Below are positions 46,646 through 56,216 of a stretch of 64,000 bases of DNA, in pieces. Both the position numbers and the translations under genes were made by a program. Below the pieces are notes generated by a model. It ran no database searches, was not told the origin of the DNA, and worked only from the letters and a program-made list of their open reading frames with translations. The stretch is taken from the NCBI GenBank assembly GCA_037046735.1, contig JBAOHC010000027.1:111909-175908 (forward strand), written 5' to 3'. Position 1 is the first letter of the stretch; every line of letters starts with the position of its first letter. This DNA is from Candidatus Nanopelagicales bacterium. Lineage in GTDB: Bacteria > Actinomycetota > Actinomycetes > S36-B12 > UBA10799.

Positions 46646-47299
46646 ATGACGTACACCGGCAAGACCCACGTCGGCGGACCCGCGGCCGTGCGCGAGCTCC
46701 CCGATCTGGTGATCTCCAAACTCGCGGTCGGCCCCATGGACAACAATGCGTACGTGCTGCGCTGCCGGGCGACTGGGGAGCAGGTGCTCATTGATGCGGC
46801 GGCAGAGCCGGCCCGCCTTCTTGACCTGATCGGCTCAGATGGCCTGACCACCGTCGTGACCACTCACGGCCACGCCGATCACTGGCAGGCTCTGGCGGCG
46901 GTACGCAAAGCCACGGGAGCGCGCAGCCTGGCTCCCCGGCTCGACGCCGAAACCCTCGGCGCACTGGTCGACGACACCCTCGAGGACGGCGACACGGTTT
47001 CGGTTGGCCACTGTCGCCTGCGGGTGATCCACCTTGGTGGACACACTCCCGGCGCCATGGCCTTGCTGTATGAGGACCCGCTGGGTCACCCGCACCTGTT
47101 CACCGGCGACTGCCTGTTTCCCGGCGGCGTCGGCAAGACCTGGTCGGAGCAGGACTTCGACACCCTGTTCCGCGGCGTGCGCGACCGGGTGTTCGCCAGT
47201 CTGCCCGACGAGACCTGGGTCTACCCAGGACACGGCAACGACACGACCCTGGGGGCCGAGCGTCCCGCACTGGCGACGTGGGAGGCGCGGCGCTGGTGA
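46646..47299 (+). CDS. MBL-fold metallo-hydrolase (glyoxalase II-like)
   Basis: 217 aa with the THGHADHW (HxHxDH) motif and later His/Asp ligands (LGGHTPG, TGDCLFPGG, GHG). Confidence 0.8.
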   Translation: MTYTGKTHVGGPAAVRELPDLVISKLAVGPMDNNAYVLRCRATGEQVLIDAAAEPARLLDLIGSDGLTTVVTTHGHADHWQALAAVRKATGARSLAPRLDAETLGALVDDTLEDGDTVSVGHCRLRVIHLGGHTPGAMALLYEDPLGHPHLFTGDCLFPGGVGKTWSEQDFDTLFRGVRDRVFASLPDETWVYPGHGNDTTLGAERPALATWEARRW

Positions 47300-47336
47300 C
47301 GTGACCTGGACCCCGAGCGGGTGACCCACATGTCGC

Positions 47337-48323
47337 TTACGCGTCCTGACCGACCTCAGGATGGCGCCGCTCATGGATCAGACTGGCCACCACCGTGATG
47401 GTCAAGATCGAGATGATGACCGCCAAGCTGACCCAGTTCGAGATCACCGGCACATCGAACGGCTCTCCCCCGTTGAGGAACGGCAGCGAATTCTCGTGCA
47501 TGGCCTCCAGAATCAGTTTCACCCCGATGAACCCGAGCACGGCCGCCAGCCCGACACCCAGGAAGACCAGTCGGTCCAGGAGGTTGCCGAGCAGGAAGTA
47601 CAACTGTCGCAGGCCCATCAGGGCGAACACGTTGGCTGTGAAGACGATGAACGGGATCTTGGTCAGCCCGAAGATCGCCGGGATGCTGTCCAGAGCGAAG
47701 AGCACATCGGTGGTGCCAATCGCGATCAACACCACCAGCATGGGGGTGTACAGCCGCTTGCCATCCACGATGGTTCGCAGCCTCTTGCCGTCGAACTCCT
47801 GGGCGATGGGTACGAGCCGCCCGACCGTTCGCACGATCACGTTCTCCTTGTACTCCTCGTCGTCGTCCTCACCGTGGGTCAGCAGCTTCACCGCTGTGAC
47901 GATCAAGAAGATGCCGAACAGGTAGAACACCCACGAGAACTGCGCCAGAATCGCAGCCCCCAACGCGATGAAGATGCCGCGTAGGACCAGCGCGACGATG
48001 ATCCCCCACATGAGCACGTACTGCTGCAGTTCCCGTGGTACGTAGAACCGGGCCATGATCAGCACGAAGACGAACAGATTGTCCACGCTCAGGCTGTACT
48101 CGGTCAGCCATCCGGCATAGAACTGCACCGCGATGTCCCCGCCGAACTGCCAGCCCAGGAATAGCCCGAAGGCGATCGCGCTACCGACGAAGAGGGCCAA
48201 CCAGCGCAGTAGTTCGGGGGTCTTCGGCACGTGCGGGCGGCGGCCCACGACGAGGAAGTCCAGGGTGAACAGGACCAGGAACAGCACGATGGTGCCGGCC
48301 CACAGCCAGCCTGGCACAGTCAC
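47337..48323 (-). CDS. TerC family integral membrane protein
   Basis: 328 aa, polytopic, with conserved TerC blocks ([21 protein letters not shown]). Confidence 0.8.
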   Translation of the reverse strand: MTVPGWLWAGTIVLFLVLFTLDFLVVGRRPHVPKTPELLRWLALFVGSAIAFGLFLGWQFGGDIAVQFYAGWLTEYSLSVDNLFVFVLIMARFYVPRELQQYVLMWGIIVALVLRGIFIALGAAILAQFSWVFYLFGIFLIVTAVKLLTHGEDDDEEYKENVIVRTVGRLVPIAQEFDGKRLRTIVDGKRLYTPMLVVLIAIGTTDVLFALDSIPAIFGLTKIPFIVFTANVFALMGLRQLYFLLGNLLDRLVFLGVGLAAVLGFIGVKLILEAMHENSLPFLNGGEPFDVPVISNWVSLAVIISILTITVVASLIHERRHPEVGQDA

Positions 48324-50422
48324 TTCGTCGCGTCCCGCATGCCGCGCAACTCCTTCTTCAGTTCGTGGATCTCGTCGCGATAGCGGGCCGCCACCTCAAA
48401 CTGCAGTTCCTCGGCCGCGGTGTGCATCGCCTGGGTGAGCTGATCGATCAGGTCGGTCAGATCCTGGGCGGGCATCGTGGCCAGGGACGCGGCGTGTCGG
48501 CCCACATCCGCTGCCGGTGCCTTCGGCCCCACACCACGACTCAGACCGCGCCCGGATCCGGCCAGCAGTTCCTGCGTATCGGCGTCCTCGCGCGCCAACA
48601 GGTCGGTGATGTCGGCGATCTTCTTACGAATCGGCTGCGGGTCGAGTCCGCGCTCGGTGTTGTAGGCCACCTGCTTCGCGCGCCGCCGGTTCGTCTCATC
48701 GATGGCCGTGCGCATCGACGCGGTGATGGTGTCCGCATACATGTGCACCTGCCCTGACACGTTGCGGGCGGCGCGGCCGATCGTCTGGATGAGGCTGCGC
48801 TCCGAGCGCAGGAACCCTTCCTTGTCGGCGTCGAGGATGCTGACCAGGCTGACCTCGGGCAGATCCAGACCCTCTCGCAGCAGGTTGATCCCGACCAGCA
48901 CATCGAACTCGCCCAGCCGCAATTCGCGCAGCAACTCGACGCGGCGCAAGGTGTCCACCTCCGAATGCAGGTAGCGCACCCGCACCCCGTTCTCCAACAG
49001 GTAGTCGGTGAGGTCCTCGGCCATCTTCTTCGTCAGGGTCGTCACCAGCACCCGCTCGTCGCGCTCGGCTCGCAGGGTGATCTCGGTCATCAGATCGTCG
49101 ATCTGACCGCGGGTGGGTTTGACGATGATCTCGGGATCGATCAGCCCGGTGGGCCGGATGACCTGCTCAACGACGTCACCCCCGACCCGGGACAACTCAT
49201 AGGGACCGGGCGTCGCGGACAGGTAGATGGTCTGCCCGATGCGCTCCACGAACTCCTCCCAGCGCAACGGCCGGTTGTCCATGGCGCTGGGCAGGCGGAA
49301 GCCGTGCTCGACCAGAGTGCGTTTGCGGCTCATATCGCCTTCGTACATCCCGCCGATCTGCGGCACCGTCACGTGGGACTCGTCGATGACCAGCAGGAAG
49401 TCCTCCGGGAAGTAGTCCAGCAGGCAGTTCGGCGCGGAGCCGGGCGCCCGGCCATCGATGTGGCGGGAGTAGTTCTCGATGCCGTTGCAGAACCCGACCT
49501 GCTGCATCATCTCCACGTCGTACTGCGTGCGCATTCGCAGGCGTTGCGCCTCCAGCAGGTGTTTGCCGCGCTCCAACTCGGCCAGCCGCTGCTGCAACTC
49601 GAACTCGATCCCACTGATGGCACGGCCCATGCGTTCTGGCCCGGCTACGTAATGGGTCGCCGGAAAGACGTACAACTCGGTGTCCTCGGTGAGGATCTCC
49701 CCGGTCACGGGGTGCAGGGTCATCAGACGCTCCACCACATCTCCGAAGAACTCGATACGCAGCGGATGCTCCTCGTAGACGGGGAACACCTCCACGGTGT
49801 CACCACGGACGCGGAACGTCCCACGGGCGAAGGAGAGGTCGTTACGCGCGTACTGGATCTGCACGAGCATCCGGAGCATGCCGTCCCGGTCGATCTCATC
49901 GCCGACCCGCAGCCGGACCATCCGATCGACGTACTCCTGCGGAGTGCCCAGGCCATAGATGGCGCTCACAGAGGCCACCACGACCACGTCCCGGCGTGTC
50001 AGCAGACTGTTCGTGGCACTGTGCCGCAGCCGCTCCACCTCCTGGTTGATCGAGGAGTCCTTCTCGATGAACGTGTCCGTCTGCGGGATGTACGCCTCCG
50101 GCTGGTAGTAGTCGTAGTACGACACGAAATACTCGACGGCGTTGTTGGGCATGAGTTCGCGGAACTCGTTCGCCAGTTGTGCCGCCAGCGTCTTGTTGGG
50201 CGCCATGACCAGGGTGGGCCGCTGCAGCTTCTCAACGATCCACGCTGTGGTGGCGCTCTTGCCCGTGCCGGTGGCGCCGAGCAGGACGACGTCTTTGGCT
50301 CCGCCCGCTATCCGCCGGGAGATCTCCTCGATGGCCTGTGGCTGGTCCCCCGCCGGCTGGTACTCGCTGATCACCTGGAACGGCGCCACCGTGCGCTGCA
50401 GGTCAGTGATGGGACGGGCCAT
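48320..50422 (-). CDS. uvrB: excinuclease ABC subunit UvrB
   Basis: 700 aa from the ATG at 50422 ([28 protein letters not shown]...). Walker A GATGTGKS, helicase motifs and a C-terminal UVR domain ([15 protein letters not shown]). The ORF-track extension to 50560 is rejected. Confidence 0.95.
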   Translation of the reverse strand: MARPITDLQRTVAPFQVISEYQPAGDQPQAIEEISRRIAGGAKDVVLLGATGTGKSATTAWIVEKLQRPTLVMAPNKTLAAQLANEFRELMPNNAVEYFVSYYDYYQPEAYIPQTDTFIEKDSSINQEVERLRHSATNSLLTRRDVVVVASVSAIYGLGTPQEYVDRMVRLRVGDEIDRDGMLRMLVQIQYARNDLSFARGTFRVRGDTVEVFPVYEEHPLRIEFFGDVVERLMTLHPVTGEILTEDTELYVFPATHYVAGPERMGRAISGIEFELQQRLAELERGKHLLEAQRLRMRTQYDVEMMQQVGFCNGIENYSRHIDGRAPGSAPNCLLDYFPEDFLLVIDESHVTVPQIGGMYEGDMSRKRTLVEHGFRLPSAMDNRPLRWEEFVERIGQTIYLSATPGPYELSRVGGDVVEQVIRPTGLIDPEIIVKPTRGQIDDLMTEITLRAERDERVLVTTLTKKMAEDLTDYLLENGVRVRYLHSEVDTLRRVELLRELRLGEFDVLVGINLLREGLDLPEVSLVSILDADKEGFLRSERSLIQTIGRAARNVSGQVHMYADTITASMRTAIDETNRRRAKQVAYNTERGLDPQPIRKKIADITDLLAREDADTQELLAGSGRGLSRGVGPKAPAADVGRHAASLATMPAQDLTDLIDQLTQAMHTAAEELQFEVAARYRDEIHELKKELRGMRDATK

Positions 50423-50451
50423 GAGGTCTACGCTACGACGACCCCCTGACA
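50423..50451 (-). promoter_or_regulatory. leaderless promoter of uvrB with a RecA-NDp (PafBC-type) motif
   Basis: The coding strand reads TGTCAGGG-ggtcgtcg-TAGCGT-agacctc-ATG. It fits tTGTCRgtg-N8-TAnnnT with the exact 8-nt spacer. The -10 hexamer ends 7 nt before the ATG. Confidence 0.55.
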
Positions 50452-51095
50452 TCCGGGGCAGGGGCGGTTGTGCTGTCATCGACCTCGACATCCCACAGCG
50501 GGTGCTTGGTGCGCGCCCAGTCGCGGGACACGTACCCGGTGCGCAACCCTTGCCGGGCACGGGGATCGCTCCAGGCCATCCAGATATGACCGGTCGACAC
50601 CATCATCACGAACAGCGCGAAGACGTCGTGGACGAACGTGGCGCCCGTGCGCAGATCATCTGGGACGAGGGCGAAGAAGTGCATCATCAGTCCGGTGATG
50701 AACATGATCAGCGCGGCCGCCACGACAAACGCCGAATTGAGTTTCTGACCCGCGTTGAACTTGCCGGAGGGTCCCGACACATCCCCGCGCAGTGCCCTGC
50801 GTAGCCAGACCCAGTCTGCCGGCACGAATCTGTTGAGTCGTGAGGCATCGGCACGGAAGGCCGGTGAGAGCACGACTGCCAGGATCAGTGGCAGCGGCAA
50901 CAGCAGCCCGGCCCACAGGTGCACGGTCGACAGCAGTGCGCGTCGGCCGACCAGAGTGCTCAGTGGGTCGACATACAGCACCGCGGCGGTGGTGATGAGC
51001 ACGAGCATGAGCGCAGCCAAGGCCAGGTGGGCCCAGCGCTCGCCGGCACTGAACCGCCGGATCTGATCAGACGACCGGGGTGTCGTCGCGGCCAT
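50433..51095 (-). CDS. cytochrome b (b561/FdnI-like) membrane subunit
   Basis: 220 aa with four hydrophobic segments carrying conserved His ([32 protein letters not shown]). Its 5' end overlaps the upstream molybdoenzyme gene by 29 nt. Confidence 0.6.
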   Translation of the reverse strand: MAATTPRSSDQIRRFSAGERWAHLALAALMLVLITTAAVLYVDPLSTLVGRRALLSTVHLWAGLLLPLPLILAVVLSPAFRADASRLNRFVPADWVWLRRALRGDVSGPSGKFNAGQKLNSAFVVAAALIMFITGLMMHFFALVPDDLRTGATFVHDVFALFVMMVSTGHIWMAWSDPRARQGLRTGYVSRDWARTKHPLWDVEVDDSTTAPAPDVRGSS

Positions 51096-51771
51096 TGGAC
51101 CTCCCCACCCACGCGTCCACGGCGTATCCGCGCTCCTCCCAGTAGCCGGGAATGACGTCGTCGGTCACGGTGATGCGGTTGAGCCATTTGCTGGATTTGT
51201 AGAAGTACATCGGCGCCACGTACAGCCGGACTGGGCCCCCGTGATCGTGCGTCACCGGCTCTGAGTTCATCGACGTGGCCACCAGCACGTCGGAACGCAT
51301 CGCCTGCTGCATGGTCAGCGATTCGGTGTACACCCCGTCGGAGGACCCGAACTGGACAGCGCCCGCGCCGGGATGCACCCCCGCCGCGGCCAGCAAGTCG
51401 GCCAACAACACCCCGCCCCAGACGACGTCGGGAACGCGCCATCCAGTGACACACTGCACATCCTTGGTGATCACCTGCTGGGGAAGCCGCGACAGCTCAG
51501 CCAAGGACAGCCGTAGCGGGCGGTCGACCAGCCCGTCGACCGTGAGCGAGTACTTCTCCGGCGGGATGCGCTCGACCTTGTTGACCACCGAGTAGAAACG
51601 GAAGCGCCCACCGCCCGGGATCAGGCCCGTGAGGCCCGTCGGGTCCTTGGCCGCGATCGTGGTCAGGGCGGAGTTGGCACGCGCACCGACCAGCACCCCC
51701 ACGCCAGCCAGACCGAGCAGGCCGAGCACAACGCGCCGACCAACCGGAGTGCCCTGGGCGTCCTGATCCAC
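51067..51771 (-). CDS. molybdopterin-dependent oxidoreductase (sulfite-oxidase/MsrP-like catalytic subunit)
   Basis: 234 aa with an RR-containing signal (VGRRVVLGLLGLAGVGVLVGARA). The Moco-domain blocks are LTVDGLV.RPL.L.L.EL, VTGWRVPDVVWGGV and GGPVRLYVP..YFYKS.KW. Confidence 0.7.
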   Translation of the reverse strand: MDQDAQGTPVGRRVVLGLLGLAGVGVLVGARANSALTTIAAKDPTGLTGLIPGGGRFRFYSVVNKVERIPPEKYSLTVDGLVDRPLRLSLAELSRLPQQVITKDVQCVTGWRVPDVVWGGVLLADLLAAAGVHPGAGAVQFGSSDGVYTESLTMQQAMRSDVLVATSMNSEPVTHDHGGPVRLYVAPMYFYKSSKWLNRITVTDDVIPGYWEERGYAVDAWVGRSNGRDDTPVV

Positions 51772-51840
51772 CTGATCAGTATGTGGGCCATCGCAGCGAC
51801 GTGCAGGGCGGACGCCCGGGCGCGGGCTAGCCTGGGAGCC

Positions 51841-52431
51841 ATGCGGCGGATCGGATTGACCGGTGGTATCGGGTCGGGGAAGTCGACTGTGGCCAGTCTT
51901 TTCGCCGACCTGGGGGCGGTCGTCATCGATGCGGACGCGATCGCCCGCGAGGTCGTTTCGGTGGGCAGTGACGGCCTACGCGCGCTGGTGGAAGCATTTG
52001 GTCCCGGCATCTTGGCCCCGGATGGCAGCCTCAATCGCCAGCGGCTGGCCGACATCGTCTTCGCCGATCCCGCGGCCCGCGCCACACTGAACGCCATCAC
52101 CCACCCCCGGATCGGCGCCCGGACGGCCGAGCTCATCAACGCGCTGCCCGCAGACGCGGTCGTGATCCACGACGTCCCGCTCTTGGTGGAGTTGGGAATG
52201 CAGGACGCCTACGATCTCGTCGTTGTTGTCGACGCCCCCGATGACGTGCGATTGGACCGGCTCGTGGCCAGAGGTCACACCCCCCAGGATGCCGCCGCCC
52301 GAATCGCCGCACAGGCACCACGCGACGCCAGGCTGGCGGCCGCGGACGTCGTCATCGACAACTCCGGGAGCCTCGACGACCTCACTGGGCAGGTGGTGAC
52401 GGCGTGGCCGACGGTGGCAGGCCGGCGCTGA
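51841..52431 (+). CDS. coaE: dephospho-CoA kinase
   Basis: 196 aa from the ATG at 51841, with P-loop GLTGGIGSGKST and typical CoaE sequence (DADAIAREVV, NAITHPRI). Confidence 0.9.
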   Translation: MRRIGLTGGIGSGKSTVASLFADLGAVVIDADAIAREVVSVGSDGLRALVEAFGPGILAPDGSLNRQRLADIVFADPAARATLNAITHPRIGARTAELINALPADAVVIHDVPLLVELGMQDAYDLVVVVDAPDDVRLDRLVARGHTPQDAAARIAAQAPRDARLAAADVVIDNSGSLDDLTGQVVTAWPTVAGRR

Positions 52432-54343
52432 GCAGCCGGGGTCCAAGCCACTGCCAATACAGTCGGGCGCCCTCTTCGGTGAAATGCACACCGTCGGTGT
52501 GCATCGGGACTCCATCGATCGTCGCCCGGTAGTCACCGCCGTCACACAGGTACGGGTTGGGGTCGATGATCGTGATGTCGCGACCGCTGCGACGCACCGC
52601 CTCGCGGGCTGCGGCATTCACAGCCGCGATCCGCGCGGGGTCGTTGACGACATCTGCGAACCTGCCCGCTTGGTACAGCACAGCGTCGGGCAGATCCAGC
52701 GCCGGAGCTCCGTGGCAGGTACCGAGAACCACCGCCTGCGCTGGAAGCTGGGCCAGTTCGGCGATCACCCGGCTGTAGGCGTTGACCGTGGCCTCCTGCC
52801 ACCGACGATCGGTGTACGGCACCGCCTCCCCATCGATCCACCGGTCGTACTGTTCCCAGGGCCCCACAAACATCACCCCCAGATTCGCCCCGGCCGAAGC
52901 GATCCGCTGGGCGCGCTGCTGTTCCCACGTCTGGCATTGCGCGCGGGCCTTGATGGGGGCACCGTTGAGCGCCACGTCGTAGGGCACGAGCCCGCACCCG
53001 AATTCGGTTCCGGGATAGACGCTCAGCCCGGGGATCAGTGCGGGCTGATAAGCGGCATACAGGGACAGCGCGATGGAGTCGCCCACCAGCACGGCACGCA
53101 CATCGCTGGGTGCAGGCGTCGACGTGCTGATCGGCGATGGGCTGCGGGTGGCCGAAGCGGCGATGGACTCCAGGGAATCCGGGGGGGCGGGGCGGGCACA
53201 GGCCGTGGTGAGTCCGACCATCGCGACGATGGCCAGTGGTGCGCCCAGCACCACCGCGACCCGCTGGCGCGAGGTGAAACGTTGGAGGGCTCCCCTCCGC
53301 ACGGGAAGTTCGACCCAGTAGTAGGAAGCCGTGGCGATCGCGAACGTCACGGCGAACCGCAGGGTCAACAGGCCGATCCCCGACAGACCGGTGCGAGCTG
53401 GGCTCAGGACCACGTAGACGGGCCAGTGCCATAGGTACAGACCGTAGGAGATCCGCCCGATCCACACCACGGGGCGGGTGCTGAAGATGCGAGCGACGAA
53501 GCCATCCGGATGGGCTTGGACACTGGCCAGCAAGAGCGCACTCGAGCCGGCGAAAGCCAGGAAGCCCCCGTCATACATCCAGGCACTCTGATCGCTGATC
53601 AGGAGCATGAAGCCGATCAGGCCGACCAGCGCTGCGGGGCCCGCCCATGCGGCAGCCACCCTCACCTTCTGTAGGACGCCGGGCGTCAGCACCGCAGCGA
53701 GCGCCGCGCCAACGAGCAGCGCCTGCAGGCGAGTGTCCGTTCCGTAGTAGACCCGCGAGGCATCAGTCTGTGGACTGGCCAGCCACGCCATCTCCAGGGC
53801 GGACAGGACCGCCAGTCCTGCGAATGTCCAGGCAAGGCGGCTGCGGCGCCACCTGGGCAACAGCAGGACAAGGACCAGTGGGAGCAGCAGGTACCACTGC
53901 TCTTCGATCGCAAGACTCCAGGTGTGGGTCAGCGGAGACGGGTCCTGGAACTGCTCGAAGTAGGAGTTGCCCGATGCGATGAACCACCAGTTGCTCACGT
54001 AGAACAGGGTGGCCAGCGCGTCGGATCGCACGGCCGAGGCTGCCTCTCCGACGAGGAAGGTCGCGTACAGCAGGACCGCGACGAGCACGAGGAAGAGGGC
54101 GGGCAACAGCCGCCTGGCCCGACGCCCCCAGAAGGCCCTCAGATCCAACCGCCCGGCCTGCTCGAACTCGATCAACAGTAGGGAGGTGATCAGGAATCCC
54201 GACAGGACGAAGAAGACGTCGACCCCCAGAAAGCCACCACCGGCCCAGGACGTGCCGCCGTGATAGAACATGACGGCGAGCACCGCGAAGGCCCGGATGC
54301 CGTCCAGCGCCGGTGAGTAGGCAAGCGTCGCTGGGCGGGTCAC
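52382..54343 (-). CDS. OatA-like acyltransferase, AT3 membrane domain fused to a SGNH domain (paralogue 1)
   Basis: 653 aa. AT3 motifs: LDGIRAFAV, GVDVFFVLSGFLIT, FWGRRARRLLPAL, TWSLAIEEQWY, ISYGLYLWHWP. C-terminal SGNH blocks: LVGDSIA ... TDGVHFTEEG. Confidence 0.85.
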   Translation of the reverse strand: MTRPATLAYSPALDGIRAFAVLAVMFYHGGTSWAGGGFLGVDVFFVLSGFLITSLLLIEFEQAGRLDLRAFWGRRARRLLPALFLVLVAVLLYATFLVGEAASAVRSDALATLFYVSNWWFIASGNSYFEQFQDPSPLTHTWSLAIEEQWYLLLPLVLVLLLPRWRRSRLAWTFAGLAVLSALEMAWLASPQTDASRVYYGTDTRLQALLVGAALAAVLTPGVLQKVRVAAAWAGPAALVGLIGFMLLISDQSAWMYDGGFLAFAGSSALLLASVQAHPDGFVARIFSTRPVVWIGRISYGLYLWHWPVYVVLSPARTGLSGIGLLTLRFAVTFAIATASYYWVELPVRRGALQRFTSRQRVAVVLGAPLAIVAMVGLTTACARPAPPDSLESIAASATRSPSPISTSTPAPSDVRAVLVGDSIALSLYAAYQPALIPGLSVYPGTEFGCGLVPYDVALNGAPIKARAQCQTWEQQRAQRIASAGANLGVMFVGPWEQYDRWIDGEAVPYTDRRWQEATVNAYSRVIAELAQLPAQAVVLGTCHGAPALDLPDAVLYQAGRFADVVNDPARIAAVNAAAREAVRRSGRDITIIDPNPYLCDGGDYRATIDGVPMHTDGVHFTEEGARLYWQWLGPRLLSAGLPPSATPSPPAQ

Positions 54344-54359
54344 GGCGTCATCGTATGCG

Positions 54360-56216
54360 TCAACCTGTCAACTGCTGCAGGCGAGGACGCAACGTATCCC
54401 AAACCTTTGCAGAGCCCTCCGGTGAGAAGTGCAGGCCATCTATGTAGAGATCCGAGGGGTCGGGCACACACGTCACTCCATCAAGGTCCACGAAGGAGTA
54501 ACCATGCTCCTCGGCGTATGTGCGCAGCAGGTCGTTCAAGAATTGAGTGCGTGTCCGGTCGTTCTTTGGGTTGTTGATGACGTTGCTCGGCAGGGCTGTG
54601 CAGGGGACGCTGGTGATGACGATCCGTTCCGAACTGAAGTCGCGCAATGTCAAGTCCAGTGCCTGCCGGATCCGGTTCACGTAGCCCTGGGAGCCGAACG
54701 CCTGTAGCATCCCGTTCTCGTCATAGACGTCGAATTGGAAAGAACTCGTCCCCACGAACACGCCAAGTTCGGGCTTCATCGACTGCATGTCGGCGCGCCA
54801 CTGCTGTTCCCAGGCATCGCACGCCGCGGGGTCATCCGCCAACACCGGCGCCCCCGCTGCCTGCACGGTGAGACCGAAGAGTGGACACCCCAGCAGGAAC
54901 GATCCGGTGATGGCGATGTCGTCGCGCGGTGGCACAGTGGCCGGCAGCCACAGCGATCCGGAGACGGAGTCTCCCACGAAGAACGCGGCGGGCCCGGTAC
55001 CGCTGTAGGGCGGCGCGGCGTGATCTGGCAGTGCCTTGGCGAAGACCGTCTGTGAAGCCAGGGGCGTACAAACGACCGCCATGATCACCAGGATCACCGG
55101 GACGGGCATCAGCCACCGCAGTCGCAACCGTCCCTGCCTGATGGGCTTCTCGAGCCAGATGTAAGACGCAGTCGCGATAGATACGGTCAACAGCAGCCGG
55201 ACTGGGGTTGTCGCATTTGTCTGGTCGGCACCGATCATGACCGCGATCGGCCAGTGCCACAGATACAATCCGTAACTGATCACGCCGATCGCCGCCAGCG
55301 GTGTCCAGGAGAGCCAGCGGCCCACCAGACTGGTTCGGTCAAGCGCGCCGATGATCAACAACACACTGCCCATGGCGGCAACCGGCAGCTGGACGGCGAC
55401 CAGACGACCTTCGGGCCACAGAATGAACATCGCCAGAAGCATGCTCAGACCGCAGAGTCCAGCGAAGCCGCCGCGCGCCCCGGCGAATGCCATTCGCGGG
55501 CGCCCACTCGCGACCGACCTGGCACCCACGACGGCCAGCAGACTCCCGAGAAGTAGCTGCTGGGCACGCGTGTCCGTACCGAAGTACAGCCGCTCAACAC
55601 TGGCGCCCTGCTCGGCCAGCCAGGCCGTCCACCCGAAGGACATGACCGCCATTACCGCCAGCAGCCAGATCAGCGGTCGCCATGTGAACCGACGAAGGGC
55701 GATGACGATGAGCAGGATGACAGGCAGCAAGATGTAGAACTGCTCTTCCACGCTCAGGGTCCAGGTATGCAGCAGGGGTGAGGGCTGCTGATAGGCCGCA
55801 AAATATGTCGATCCGCTGAACAGCAAGTACCAATTGTTGACGTAGAAGATGGTGGCTAAGCCCTGGCCCCGGATCGCGGTCTGTTCCAGCGCCGGCACAG
55901 TGAGCGCGTAAAGGAATACCACCGCCAACATCAGTGATAGCGCCGGGAACAACCGACGGATGCGTCGCTCCCAGAACCTTCGCACCGCAAAGGGCTGCGG
56001 CGCCCGCTGGACCAGCAGGGTGGTGATCAAGAAGCCCGACAGCACGAAGAAGACGTCGACGCCGATGTACCCACCCGGAATCCAGCCCTGGCCGAAGTGG
56101 AACATCATCACCGCGATCACGGCGACAGCGCGGATGCCGTCGAGGGATGCGACCCGCCGGTTCGGGGACGCCGCAGTATCAAGTGCAGGTGGCTCCGGGT
56201 CAGTGCGTACGGTCAC
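54360..56216 (-). CDS. OatA-like acyltransferase, AT3 plus SGNH (paralogue 2)
   Basis: 618 aa. AT3 motifs: LDGIRAVAV, GVDVFFVLSGFLIT, FWERRIRRLFPAL, TWTLSVEEQFY, ISYGLYLWHWP. SGNH blocks: FVGDSVS ... IDGLHFSPEG. GTG start in a GTGA overlap with the upstream gene. Confidence 0.85.
   Translation of the reverse strand: MTVRTDPEPPALDTAASPNRRVASLDGIRAVAVIAVMMFHFGQGWIPGGYIGVDVFFVLSGFLITTLLVQRAPQPFAVRRFWERRIRRLFPALSLMLAVVFLYALTVPALEQTAIRGQGLATIFYVNNWYLLFSGSTYFAAYQQPSPLLHTWTLSVEEQFYILLPVILLIVIALRRFTWRPLIWLLAVMAVMSFGWTAWLAEQGASVERLYFGTDTRAQQLLLGSLLAVVGARSVASGRPRMAFAGARGGFAGLCGLSMLLAMFILWPEGRLVAVQLPVAAMGSVLLIIGALDRTSLVGRWLSWTPLAAIGVISYGLYLWHWPIAVMIGADQTNATTPVRLLLTVSIATASYIWLEKPIRQGRLRLRWLMPVPVILVIMAVVCTPLASQTVFAKALPDHAAPPYSGTGPAAFFVGDSVSGSLWLPATVPPRDDIAITGSFLLGCPLFGLTVQAAGAPVLADDPAACDAWEQQWRADMQSMKPELGVFVGTSSFQFDVYDENGMLQAFGSQGYVNRIRQALDLTLRDFSSERIVITSVPCTALPSNVINNPKNDRTRTQFLNDLLRTYAEEHGYSFVDLDGVTCVPDPSDLYIDGLHFSPEGSAKVWDTLRPRLQQLTG

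Noticed and set aside
48320-48330. An expected Mn-responsive yybP-ykoY-type leader in front of the TerC-family gene.
   Set aside because: The TerC start (48323) overlaps the uvrB stop (48320-48322), so there is no intergenic space for a riboswitch.
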